This document shows positions 46,825 through 55,856 of a DNA stretch of 64,000 nt, piece after piece (the first letter of the stretch is position 1; every line of letters starts with the position of its first letter). The DNA lies in assembly GCA_963837925.1 (NCBI GenBank), contig CAWIPK010000003.1, positions 1,358,441 through 1,422,440 of the forward strand, in the 5' to 3' direction. The stretch is from an uncultured Chloroflexia bacterium (GTDB lineage: Bacteria; Chloroflexota; Anaerolineae; CG2-30-64-16). The notes beneath the pieces were generated by a model. That model did no database searches. It saw only the letters and a program-made list of their open reading frames with translations, and was not told the DNA's origin. Both the position numbers and the translations under genes were made by a program.

Positions 46825-48564
46825 ATGCCCGATCGGAATGTTGACCCAGGGAGACAGGCGGCCGGTGAGGGGAGGCGCGAGAGCGTGCGCGGGCCGGCGC
46901 ATGGGACGGCAGGCGAGCCCGCGCGCGAGGTGACACGCGGACAGTGGCTAAGCCTGCTGGTCCTGAGCCTGGGGTTGGCCATCGTCATCATCGATAGCAC
47001 CATCGTCAACGTGGCTATCCCTTCCATCCAGCAAGAGTTCAACGCCAGCCTGAAAAACCTCGAGTGGGTGAATTCCATCTACTCGCTGGTCTACGCGGCG
47101 CTGATCGTGACCTGGGGACGGATCGGCGACCAGATCGGGCGCAAGCGCATCTTCATCGCCGGCGTGATCGTATTCGTGCTTGGCTCGGCGCTGGCCGGCG
47201 CATCGCAAAGCATCAGCTTCCTGATCGGCGCCCGCACCATCCAGGGCCTGGGGGCAGCCATGACCTCGCCCTCGACCCTTTCCATCATCTCGGCGACCTT
47301 CACCGGGCGAATGCGCGGCGTGGCCTTCGGCGTATGGGGCGCGGTGGCCGGGGCAGCCGCCGCCCTGGGGCCACTCCTCGGCGGCTGGCTGACTACCAGC
47401 GCCAGTTGGCGCTGGGCCTTCTACGTCAACCTGCCAATCGGCGTGGCCGCGATCCTGGGCGCGCTGTTTGTCCTCAGCGAGTCACGCCAGGAAAACGCGC
47501 GCCTGGACTTTGACATCCCGGGCATCATCCTGGTGGCCCTCGGTATCGGCGGCATCGTCTTCGGCCTGATCGAGGGTCAGAGTTACGGCTGGTGGCAGCC
47601 GCGCCAGTCTTTCAGCCTGGGCAGCTGGAACTGGCCGCTGGCAGACCTCTCGATCACGCCGGTCAGCTTCGCGGTCGGGCTGGCCGGCCTGGTTGCCTTC
47701 GTCGCCTGGGAGCAACACCTTCGGTCACGCGGGCAGGAGCCCCTGTTCGACTTCAGCCTCTTGCGCTTCCGTAGCTTTCGTTTCGGGCTGACGACCGTGG
47801 CCATTGTCGCCGTAGGCGAGTTTGCGGTAGTGTTCGTACTATCGTTATACTTGCAGGGAGTCTTGGGGCTGAGCGCATTCGACACCGGGCTGACCCTGCT
47901 GCCGTTTGCGCTGGCGACCCTGGTCGTCGCACCCTCAGCCGGTTTTCTCTCGGCGCGCTTCGGACCCAAGTGGGTCGTGACAAGCGGCATGCTGCTGGAG
48001 GCGACGGCAATCTTCCTGCTCAGCCGGATCATCGGGCTGACCGCGGCTCGCGGTACGTTGATCGCCGTGCTGGTGGTTTATGGGGCAGGAGTCGGGCTGG
48101 CAATTGCCCAGCTCACCAACGTGGTGCTCAACGAGATCCCGTCCGCCCGTTTGGGCGCCGCCTCGGGCGCCAACAATACCATCCGCCAGGTAGGCGCGTC
48201 CATGGGGATCGCGGTGGTCGGTGCCGTGCTGGCCACGCAAATGGCCGCTGCCGCCCAGGCACAGTTTGCCACCGTCAGCTCGGTGCCGGCGCCGGTCAAG
48301 ACCGCCATCGTGCAAGGTCTGGAAGAAAGCGGGGGCGGAGAGGGGCTATCAACCGTGCCGGGCACGCCCGCCGGGCTCCAGGATACGCCCGGCGGCCAGG
48401 CGATGGCCAAGACCATCACTCACGTCATCCAGCAGTCGTTCGTCGACGGCGCCCGCGCCTCGGCGGTCACCGCCAGCATCTTCGTTCTCCTGGGGGCGCT
48501 GAGTTCGTTGTTCATTCCGAACCCCGGCCCACGCCGGAGCAAAGGGGTCGTGCCTGCAGAGTAG
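46825..48564 (+). CDS. MFS transporter, DHA2 (14-TM EmrB/QacA) drug:H+ antiporter family
   Basis: LGLAIVIIDSTIVNVAIPSIQQEF...WVNSIYSLVYAALIVTWGRIGDQIGRKRIF matches MFS motif A and the DHA2 N-terminus. 14 hydrophobic segments. Confidence 0.85.
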   Translation: MPDRNVDPGRQAAGEGRRESVRGPAHGTAGEPAREVTRGQWLSLLVLSLGLAIVIIDSTIVNVAIPSIQQEFNASLKNLEWVNSIYSLVYAALIVTWGRIGDQIGRKRIFIAGVIVFVLGSALAGASQSISFLIGARTIQGLGAAMTSPSTLSIISATFTGRMRGVAFGVWGAVAGAAAALGPLLGGWLTTSASWRWAFYVNLPIGVAAILGALFVLSESRQENARLDFDIPGIILVALGIGGIVFGLIEGQSYGWWQPRQSFSLGSWNWPLADLSITPVSFAVGLAGLVAFVAWEQHLRSRGQEPLFDFSLLRFRSFRFGLTTVAIVAVGEFAVVFVLSLYLQGVLGLSAFDTGLTLLPFALATLVVAPSAGFLSARFGPKWVVTSGMLLEATAIFLLSRIIGLTAARGTLIAVLVVYGAGVGLAIAQLTNVVLNEIPSARLGAASGANNTIRQVGASMGIAVVGAVLATQMAAAAQAQFATVSSVPAPVKTAIVQGLEESGGGEGLSTVPGTPAGLQDTPGGQAMAKTITHVIQQSFVDGARASAVTASIFVLLGALSSLFIPNPGPRRSKGVVPAE

Positions 48565-48577
48565 GAGGTGACTACCC

Positions 48578-49024
48578 GTGTACACAAGAATCCTCGTCCC
48601 GCTGGATGGCTCGGGCCTGGCCGAAGGCGTCCTCGATCACGTGCGCGCCCTGGCCGCCTGCATGGGCAGTGAGATCGTGCTGCTCACCATCATGACCTAT
48701 CCCCACTACGACTACCTGATCAGCGATCCCGAGATTGTGGCCTCCCTGCACGCCACGCTCGAAGCCGAGGCCTGTCAGTACCTGTCCTCGGTCGCGGCCG
48801 GCCTGCAGTCAGACGGGCTGAGGGTCACCGCCGAGGTGATCACGGTCAGCGGCGCGGTGGCCGACGCGATCATCGACTTTGCCAAAGAAAAGCGCGCCGA
48901 GCTGATCGCCATGTCGACGCACGGCCGGACCGGTCCGGCGCGCTGGTTTCTGGGCAGCGTCGCCGATCGGGTGGTGCGCGGCGCGGGGATGCCCGTGCTG
49001 ATGGTGAGGCCGGTCAAGCGCTAG
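48578..49024 (+). CDS. Universal stress protein (UspA family)
   Basis: ILVPLDGS...AELIAMSTHGRTGPARWFLGSVADRVVRGAGMPVLMV. GTG start with GGAGGTG RBS. Confidence 0.8.
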   Translation: MYTRILVPLDGSGLAEGVLDHVRALAACMGSEIVLLTIMTYPHYDYLISDPEIVASLHATLEAEACQYLSSVAAGLQSDGLRVTAEVITVSGAVADAIIDFAKEKRAELIAMSTHGRTGPARWFLGSVADRVVRGAGMPVLMVRPVKR

Positions 49025-49104
49025 CCGGTGCGGGGAGGTCGAGAGGCGCTCCCGGCCTGCGCGCTTTCCGGCCGGACAGCCGAGCGCCCGAGTGCCCTGC
49101 TGCC

Positions 49105-49575
49105 CTACTGCACGACCGCCGTCCCGACCATGCCGGCTTCCTTGTGGCCGGGCAGGTTGCAGGCGAACGAGTAGCTGCCGGCCTGCGTCGGCGTGAAAGT
49201 GACCGTCGTCTGGCCGCCTGCCGCAGCATACGCAAACACCTTGCCGGCCTGGGCATCGCTCTGGACGGTGCTCTTCTTATCCGCCGGGACGTTGCCCGCC
49301 TTGCTCAGATCGACCGTCACGTTCTTGGCCGGCATCGCCGTCAGATCGAGCTCGTGATCCACCGTGCCGGTGTTCTGGAACGTGAGGCTGACCGGCTGCT
49401 GGGCCTTGAACGTCAGTTGGTTCGGCTCGAACTTGAACTCAGAACCCTTTACCGTGATGGCCTGGGTTGACGAGCCGGAAGCGCTCGAGGACACGCCCGA
49501 CGGTCCGCACGCCGCCAATACGAGCGCTCCCAGCACGCAGACCATCAAGACAGACAGGACCTTTCCATCTCTCAT
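49105..49575 (-). CDS. Cupredoxin (plastocyanin/azurin-like type-1 copper) lipoprotein
   Basis: Lipobox LAAC and T1Cu ligands in TVDHELDL...FACNLPGHKEAGMVG (His, Cys, His, Met). ATG at M64 of ORF 49105..49764 with GGAGGG RBS. Confidence 0.7.
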   Translation of the reverse strand: MRDGKVLSVLMVCVLGALVLAACGPSGVSSSASGSSTQAITVKGSEFKFEPNQLTFKAQQPVSLTFQNTGTVDHELDLTAMPAKNVTVDLSKAGNVPADKKSTVQSDAQAGKVFAYAAAGGQTTVTFTPTQAGSYSFACNLPGHKEAGMVGTAVVQ

Positions 49576-49905
49576 GATATACCCTCCAGTCGAATGTCTC
49601 GGCTTCTCCTTATCGCGCCACCCGCGGGCATCTGCCCTTAAGTGAACCTTCGCGCAAGCTAACGGGGGAATTAAGCACCCCTGGCGTCCGTTCTGCAGGT
49701 CACGAGCCGGTGGGGGGATCTGTCTGATGCCGCGGGTGAGGGTTCTGCTAAAGTGACGAGCCATCGGTCACAATCACCCAAAGTTGCAACACCGAAGTCA
49801 TGGGCGGACATCGACTTGCTCTTCTAGGCTTCGCTATATCAAGCGTTGCAGCTTCTCGGCGTAGTCACACCTTGACAGTACCGCATTCTCCAGGTTCGAA
49901 CCGAC

Positions 49906-49934
49906 TTGCGCGCCTTTCGTGCTTAAGGTATACT
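49906..49934 (+). promoter_or_regulatory. Candidate promoter TTGCGC-N17-TATACT upstream of the third sugar ABC operon
   Basis: Located ~155 nt upstream of the AAGGAGG RBS and the ATG at 50090. An additional TTGACA lies at ~49872. Confidence 0.3.
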
Positions 49935-50089
49935 CGCTGCTTATGGTCAAATCATTACCCTCGTCTGGCTTGCCACATGCAAAATCAGTACTCGCTTGGC
50001 CCAGCTAGAAGGAGGTGGCGAAGCCGATACGATGCGCTCTTGCCCCTGGCAGGAACGCAGATGAGTTCTCTGAAGGAGGAAGTAACCCG

Positions 50090-51550
50090 ATGAAGCGTAC
50101 CTATGGTACCCTGGCGTTTGCCCTGATCTTGAGCTTCGTGCTCGCCGCTTGTGCGCAGCCGCCGTCCGCCCCAGCTCCTGCGGCCCCGGCCAGCGCGCCT
50201 GCGGCCACCACGGCTCCTGCAGCTACCGCGGCTCCGGCAGCTGCCGCAGCTCCGGCAGCCGGCGCAGTCCCTACGGCGTCCAAACCGATCCCCGCCGGCA
50301 AGCTGATCACCTGGGCTTTTGGCCAGCCCAAATTCTTGCAGATGTGGAACGAGGACTATCTCGCGCGTCACCCTGAAGTAAAGGACGTAACGTCTGAGAT
50401 GGTGACCACCACCGGCGAAGAAGAAGTACGCCAGAAGACGATGTTGGCCTTCACCTCGGGCAGTCTCGCCGACGCGGCCGACGTCATCTCTACCTTCCCG
50501 GTCAGCATGCAGGCCATGGCCGATGCCGGAATGCTGGTGGACAACACCGCCTTCCTGACCCCGCTCAAAGACAAGTTCGTGCCCGGTACCTACGACCAAA
50601 TCGCCTACAAGGGCAAGTTGTACTGCTTGCCGCGTTCGCTGCGCCCGCAGCTTCTTTTCTACAACAAGGAAATCTTCGACAAGTACGGCATCGACCCAGC
50701 CCAGATGAAGACGTTCGAAGGCTACCTGGAAGTCGGGCGCCAGCTCAAGCAAAAGAGCAACGGCGAGGTCTTCCTTTCCTACGAAGATCCTGCCACCCGC
50801 ACCTGGCGCTACTGGGGCCGTCGCGGCCTGATGCCCCAGGCCGGCGCAAAGATCTGGGACGATGCCGGTAACGTCGTCATCGACACAGACCCTGGCGCGC
50901 TCAAGGCGCTCAAGTACTTCGAGACACTGCACACGGAAGGCCTGCTCTTCAACTCCAAGATCCTGGAGCCACCGCTCTACGAGGCCACTCGCCAGGGCAA
51001 GGTCGCCACGTACTACATCGGTGCTTTCTTCGACGAGTTCCTCAAGGCCAATCTGCAGGACATGGCCGGCAAGTGGCGCGTCATGGACGCTCCGGTCTTC
51101 AAGGACCTGAATCTCGGCGGCGCGCCTGTGGTCGACATCCAGTGCCTGACCAACAAGCCCGGCACGCCGTACGTCGATCTGGCCCGCCAGATGTGGTACG
51201 ACTACAACTTCAATAGCGAAGCGCGGTTGAACTATACCCAAAACGTGATCAAGGAAAACGGCCCGGTCCAGAATCCGCTTTCCAAGGCCATGCTGGACGA
51301 ACCGTTCTGGAAGGAAGTCGATCCCTTCTATGGCGATCAGTCCTTCCGCCAGCTGGAAGGCGCCGGCTTGAAGAACGTCTCCGAAAACTTACGCGTGACG
51401 ACCAAGGATGCTGAGGCCGATACCATTATCTCCAGCGAACTTGAGAAGTTCGTCGCGAACGCACAGACGATGGATCAGGCCATTGCCAACATGGGGAAGA
51501 ACCTGCGTGATCAGATCGGCACTGCGCCTGCTAATCCGGACGCGAAGTAG
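50090..51550 (+). CDS. Carbohydrate ABC transporter substrate-binding lipoprotein (CUT1)
   Basis: Lipobox LAAC, an (A/P)-rich linker and SBP_bac_1-type sequence. ATG at M26 of ORF 50015 with AAGGAGG RBS. Confidence 0.85.
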   Translation: MKRTYGTLAFALILSFVLAACAQPPSAPAPAAPASAPAATTAPAATAAPAAAAAPAAGAVPTASKPIPAGKLITWAFGQPKFLQMWNEDYLARHPEVKDVTSEMVTTTGEEEVRQKTMLAFTSGSLADAADVISTFPVSMQAMADAGMLVDNTAFLTPLKDKFVPGTYDQIAYKGKLYCLPRSLRPQLLFYNKEIFDKYGIDPAQMKTFEGYLEVGRQLKQKSNGEVFLSYEDPATRTWRYWGRRGLMPQAGAKIWDDAGNVVIDTDPGALKALKYFETLHTEGLLFNSKILEPPLYEATRQGKVATYYIGAFFDEFLKANLQDMAGKWRVMDAPVFKDLNLGGAPVVDIQCLTNKPGTPYVDLARQMWYDYNFNSEARLNYTQNVIKENGPVQNPLSKAMLDEPFWKEVDPFYGDQSFRQLEGAGLKNVSENLRVTTKDAEADTIISSELEKFVANAQTMDQAIANMGKNLRDQIGTAPANPDAK

Positions 51551-51560
51551 GTAGATGTTT

Positions 51561-51633
51561 CGGCGCGGCATCATACGCCGCGCCGTCCGAATGCTGAGTC
51601 GTCTCTGGTTGGGCGGGTCTCTGGCCCGCCCGA
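51561..51633 (+). terminator. Two consecutive GC-rich stem-loops in the SBP-permease intercistronic region (partial terminator/attenuator)
   Basis: cggcgcggc atcatac gccgcgccg (9-bp stem) and tgggcggg tctctgg cccgccca (8-bp stem) lie 11-83 nt after the SBP stop and ~80 nt before the permease start. Confidence 0.4.
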
Positions 51634-51712
51634 CCACCCATGGCGTGCAAATCCACTCATCCCCGGACTAGCCGGGAGGAATATCATTCCGATCTCTCGC
51701 GGACCGTTCCTC

Positions 51713-52648
51713 GTGTTTCTATCATCCCGGAGTCTCGTGGCGAAAAGAAAGGGGCTTCTGCAGCGCATCTGGAAAAGCCGTACCATCTACCTTTTCATCT
51801 CGCCGTTCTATATCCTCTTCCTGATCTTTGGGCTATTTCCCATCTTGTGGTCCTTCTACCTCACGTTTCAGGACTGGAATGGCTTGAGTGAGATGCGATT
51901 TATCGGATTGGGGAACTACAGAGCGTTACTGCGCGACAACACATTCCTCGAAGCGCTGCGCAACACCGCTGTTTACTGGGTAGTGGATGTCTTTTTCATC
52001 ATCCTGCTGGCACTCATTCTCGCTTCTCTGCTCCACAATGCCTGGATTAAGGGCAGCAAGACGATACGAGTAGTGATTTTCCTGCCTTATGTAACTGCCA
52101 CGGTGGCCGTCGGGCTGGTTTTCAATATGATCTTCGACTTCAACAGCGGGCTGATCAACAGCATCCTCAAGAGTCTCAGTCTGGCTCCACAGCCGTGGCT
52201 GAACAGCGTAACGCTGTCGAAAATACCGGTGATGGTGTTGAATGTTTGGCGTGTGATGCCGTGGTACCTGCTGATCATTTTTTCCGGTTTGCAGGCACTC
52301 AACCCCGAGCACTATGAGGCTGCCACCGTTGACGGCGCCAATAGCGTTCAGAAGATGCTCCACATTACTATCCCAGGCCTGGCGCCCATCCTGTTTTTCT
52401 GTTTCCTGACTGAAACGATCGAATCATTCCGCATCTTTACTGAGCCGTATGTCATGACCAGCGGCGGACCCGGCTCCTCCTCGCTTTCTGTCGTACTTTA
52501 TCTCTACCGCAACGGCTTCGAGATTTTCAAAATGGGTTACGCCTCCACCATCGGGTATGCTCTCACCTTCATCCTGTTGATCATTTCTGCCGGCCAGATA
52601 GTGCTGCTACGCAATCAGGGCGGGCTGCTCGAGGAGGGTCCCCGATGA
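51713..52648 (+). CDS. Carbohydrate ABC transporter permease (MalF/UgpA-like)
   Basis: EAA loop EAATVDGANSVQKMLHITIPGLAP and six TM helices. Confidence 0.85.
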   Translation: MFLSSRSLVAKRKGLLQRIWKSRTIYLFISPFYILFLIFGLFPILWSFYLTFQDWNGLSEMRFIGLGNYRALLRDNTFLEALRNTAVYWVVDVFFIILLALILASLLHNAWIKGSKTIRVVIFLPYVTATVAVGLVFNMIFDFNSGLINSILKSLSLAPQPWLNSVTLSKIPVMVLNVWRVMPWYLLIIFSGLQALNPEHYEAATVDGANSVQKMLHITIPGLAPILFFCFLTETIESFRIFTEPYVMTSGGPGSSSLSVVLYLYRNGFEIFKMGYASTIGYALTFILLIISAGQIVLLRNQGGLLEEGPR

Positions 52649-53502
52649 CTTCCGTCACCGCTACCCGCACGAGCGCGCGTCTGCCCGTTGGCCGGCTGGC
52701 GGTCTATGCCGTCTTGCTGGTATGGTGCGTCCTATCGGTCTTTCCATTGCTATGGATGGTTGGGACATCACTCAAGCCGGTCGAGGAACCAATCGGGGGC
52801 CTCGGCTCGATGATACCGGGGCAGGCGACCCTCGCCAACTTCGTCAGAGTGTCTACCCTGCTGCCGCTCGGACGCAACACATTCAACAGTTTCCTGGTTG
52901 CCACCACCAGCACCATCGTGACCGTCTTCCTATGCGCGCTGGCAGGTTATGCCTTCGCGAAATTCGAATTTCCAGGCAAGAGCTGGCTGTTCTTCCTGCT
53001 GCTTGGCACCATGCTGATCCCCCCAGAGGCCGGCATCGTGCCCACCTTCATCATCATGCGCCGGCTCAGCTGGATTAACACCTATTGGTCGCTGATCGTC
53101 CCACGGGCCGCGACAGCCATCGGCATCTTCTATATGCGCCAGTACATCGGCAGTTTCCCGACGGAGATCATGGAAGCCGGCCGTATGGATGGCTGCAGCG
53201 ACTTCCGGATTTTCTGGAACCTGGTTTTGCCGGTCGTTTCCCCGGCGCTCGCAGCCTGGGCAACGCTGGCCTTCATCGCCCGCTGGAACGATTTCATGTA
53301 CCCGCTCCTTTTCATGACATCCAAGGAGATGTACACGCTGATGGTGGCCATCTCGAAGCTACCCGTCAGCGAGAGCCTTTCTACCCCGTGGCCGGTGATC
53401 ATGGCGGGCGGCGTTATGGCGGTGTTTCCGCTCGTAGTCATCTACCTGCTTATGCAGCGTTTCCAGGTCGCTGGGCTGCAAATGGGCGCCGTCAAAGGTT
53501 AG
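52645..53502 (+). CDS. Carbohydrate ABC transporter permease (MalG/UgpE-like)
   Basis: EAA loop EAGRMDGCSDFRIFWNLVLPVVSPAL. 4-nt overlap with the upstream permease. Confidence 0.85.
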   Translation: MTSVTATRTSARLPVGRLAVYAVLLVWCVLSVFPLLWMVGTSLKPVEEPIGGLGSMIPGQATLANFVRVSTLLPLGRNTFNSFLVATTSTIVTVFLCALAGYAFAKFEFPGKSWLFFLLLGTMLIPPEAGIVPTFIIMRRLSWINTYWSLIVPRAATAIGIFYMRQYIGSFPTEIMEAGRMDGCSDFRIFWNLVLPVVSPALAAWATLAFIARWNDFMYPLLFMTSKEMYTLMVAISKLPVSESLSTPWPVIMAGGVMAVFPLVVIYLLMQRFQVAGLQMGAVKG

Positions 53503-53719
53503 TCATTCGCCTCTCGGCGCGGACTGCACCAGTCCAAACCCACCACGTCATGGGATAACCTGAAAAGCGCGAGTTTGGCCAACCTTCTCCAACACTCTCG
53601 GTGCCGCGGGCGTTTGCCAAAGGCCGCCAGTCCGCGGTACGATTTGGCATCTTTCTGATCGGAGCGCGTCCCTGGCAACCATCACCGAACGGAGCAGGCC
53701 CCACGCGGGGCTGTGGGAG

Positions 53720-54280
53720 TTGTTCGCAACCTACTTCTGGATCGGTATGCAGTCGTTCGGCGGCGGCTCGGCGACGCTGTACCTGATCCGCCAGGCGTGC
53801 ATGACGCGTGGTTGGCTGGACGAGATCGAGTTCACGCGGGACTGGGCGCTGATCCAGATCGCGCCGGGTATCAATCTCCTCAAACTGACGGCGTTGGTCG
53901 CGCACCAGCTTCGTGGCTGGCCGGGGGTGGTGGCAGCCGTAAGCGGCCTGATGCTGCCCAGCGCCTGCGTGACGACGCTGATGACCGCCGGTTTCGCCGT
54001 GATACGGGAGGATCCGGCCGTGCAGGCCGCCATGCGCGGGGTGCTGCCGGCAACCATCGGCATAAGCGTGGCGATCGCCGCCCAGATGGGGCTGCCGGTG
54101 CTGAGGCAGGCCCGGCGCGAGAGCGCTCGCCGGCTGATCGCCCACGTCGCGGTGTTGGCCGGCGCCGCCCTGCTGCTGGCCGCCGCCGGCCTCTCGCCGG
54201 CCCTGGTGCTGTTGGCGGCCGGCGGCGTCACCGCCGCTCTATTGGCCCTCATACCCAGCGCCCTGCCGCGCGAGCCATGA
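53720..54280 (+). CDS. chrA: Chromate transporter ChrA, short-form subunit 1 (CHR family)
   Basis: LWELFATYFWIGMQSFGGGSATLYLIR matches the CHR N-terminal motif (FGGG). ~186 aa with TM helices. The TTG start is uncertain. Confidence 0.7.
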   Translation: MFATYFWIGMQSFGGGSATLYLIRQACMTRGWLDEIEFTRDWALIQIAPGINLLKLTALVAHQLRGWPGVVAAVSGLMLPSACVTTLMTAGFAVIREDPAVQAAMRGVLPATIGISVAIAAQMGLPVLRQARRESARRLIAHVAVLAGAALLLAAAGLSPALVLLAAGGVTAALLALIPSALPREP

Positions 54281-54786
54281 ACCCCGTCACCTTCTTCTGG
54301 CTTTTCCTTAAGGCGTCCCTGCTGTCGACCGGCGGCTTTGGCAACCTGCCGTACCTCCACCAGGATATGATTGAGCTGGGCCGCGCCACCGAGGCGGACT
54401 TCGTTACCGCCATCGCCGTGGGACAGGTGAGCCCTGGCCCCACCGGCGTGTGGAGCATAAGCCTGGGTTACCTGATCCTGGGTTGGCTGGGCGCCGCCCT
54501 GGCCATGCTCGCCCTCAGCCTTCCACCCCTGTTGGCGCTTGGGGTAGCCGCGATCTACAATCGTATCGAGCGCATGCAGAGCGTGCAAGACTTCGTGCGC
54601 GGTCTCTCGCTGGGGGTTGTCGGCCTGACGCTGGCGATCGCCTATGCTTTGGCTCGCTCGGCGATCACCGACTGGCGGGGGCTAGCCATCGCGGCCGGCG
54701 CACTAGCGCTCGCCGCCGGCAAGCGCGTGCCGGTGGTCGCGATCCTCGGCGCGGCCGGCGTGATAGGCTGGGTCATCTACCGCTGA
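54277..54786 (+). CDS. chrA: Chromate transporter ChrA, short-form subunit 2 (CHR family)
   Basis: MNPVTFFWLFLKASLLSTGGFGNLPYLHQD... ATGA overlap with subunit 1. The long Arg-rich N-terminus of ORF 53713 is spurious. Confidence 0.7.
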   Translation: MNPVTFFWLFLKASLLSTGGFGNLPYLHQDMIELGRATEADFVTAIAVGQVSPGPTGVWSISLGYLILGWLGAALAMLALSLPPLLALGVAAIYNRIERMQSVQDFVRGLSLGVVGLTLAIAYALARSAITDWRGLAIAAGALALAAGKRVPVVAILGAAGVIGWVIYR

Positions 54787-55711
54787 AGTCCCACCTCGAC
54801 CATTTCCGGCCACCCATATCCTCCAGGACTTCGGCCACCGCAAGGGCCGGCTCCCAGCCGTAACCCTGGTCTTCGAGCGACCAGAAGCCGGACAGCGCGG
54901 CGCGCAGCACGCCCCAGGCGAGCAGCTCGCGCTGGTCGACGGCCAGTTCCGCCGCCATCTGTTCGCTGCGCCTGGCCAGCACGCGGCGCAGGGCGGCGGG
55001 CTCGCTGGCCGGGGGCAGCTGGTTGATCAGCAGCGGGCCGGTCTCCCACACGGGCGGCCCAACGATCCCTTTCGGGTCGATGGCCAGCCAGGGCTCCCGG
55101 CCGGCCGCCAGAATGTTGGCGTGGTGCAGGTCGCCGTGCAGCAGCGCCGGTGGCGGCGCCGAGGCCAGCAGCTCGGAGCCCAGCGCCAGGATACGCTCGA
55201 CCCACCGGGCCGGGAAGCTGGGGTCGCGTGGCAGCACCTCGGGTGCGTGCCGGCGCATGTTCTCGAGCCAGCTCGCGGTGGTCGGGAACGGGTGTCCCGG
55301 CGCCACCGGCCGGCACAAGCGGCGCATCACCGAGACCGCCACTGCCGTGGCCAGGTCGTCGCCGGCAATCTTCGTCAACGGGGTGCCGGGGGTGAGCCGC
55401 TCGATCAGCAGCGCGCCCAATTCCAGGTCGTGCTCGAGCAGGCGGGCAGCGCCCTGGCCGTCGAACCAGCGCAGTGCCTCGACCTCGGTGTAGAATTCCT
55501 TGTCCGGGTAACAGATCTTCAGAACCGCAGGTCCGTCGCCGCGCCGCACGTGCAGGACGTAGTTGATCGACAGGCCGTGAAACGGCCCGTCGATCGCCAA
55601 CGACCAATGCCGCGCGCACTCGTCGACGATGGCGGGCAAGCGCGCCAGCCAGGCGGCGCCGGCCTGGCCGCGCGCCTCCAGTGCGAAGCGCTTGACGCGC
55701 TCTGGAATCAT
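54773..55711 (-). CDS. Aminoglycoside phosphotransferase-family kinase (APH(6)/StrA-like)
   Basis: LLHGDLHHANIL (Brenner motif HGDxxxxN) and AIDPKG. Its 3' end overlaps the chrA 3' end by 14 nt (convergent). Confidence 0.75.
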   Translation of the reverse strand: MIPERVKRFALEARGQAGAAWLARLPAIVDECARHWSLAIDGPFHGLSINYVLHVRRGDGPAVLKICYPDKEFYTEVEALRWFDGQGAARLLEHDLELGALLIERLTPGTPLTKIAGDDLATAVAVSVMRRLCRPVAPGHPFPTTASWLENMRRHAPEVLPRDPSFPARWVERILALGSELLASAPPPALLHGDLHHANILAAGREPWLAIDPKGIVGPPVWETGPLLINQLPPASEPAALRRVLARRSEQMAAELAVDQRELLAWGVLRAALSGFWSLEDQGYGWEPALAVAEVLEDMGGRKWSRWDFSGR

Positions 55712-55856
55712 CTCTCTGCCTCGGTACCCTTCGGGAAGGTCATTCTACACCTTCGGCCGGCGGAGGCCAGGCTGCGGCTCATCCTCGGCATAAATGCTCG
55801 CTCGGGCTCACGCGTGATGCAGGCGCGTGCCAATGACCGCCAGCCCGTCCATCGGG

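Noticed and set aside
49872-49910. tRNA-like GGTTCGAACC motif
   Set aside because: No complementary T-stem, acceptor stem or anticodon arm can be drawn around it. It sits inside a promoter-like region upstream of the SBP gene.
53713-54786. 357-aa ORF spanning both chrA halves
   Set aside because: Its first ~188 residues are Arg-rich out-of-frame sequence over chrA subunit 1. Only the part from the ATG at 54277 matches CHR-family sequence.
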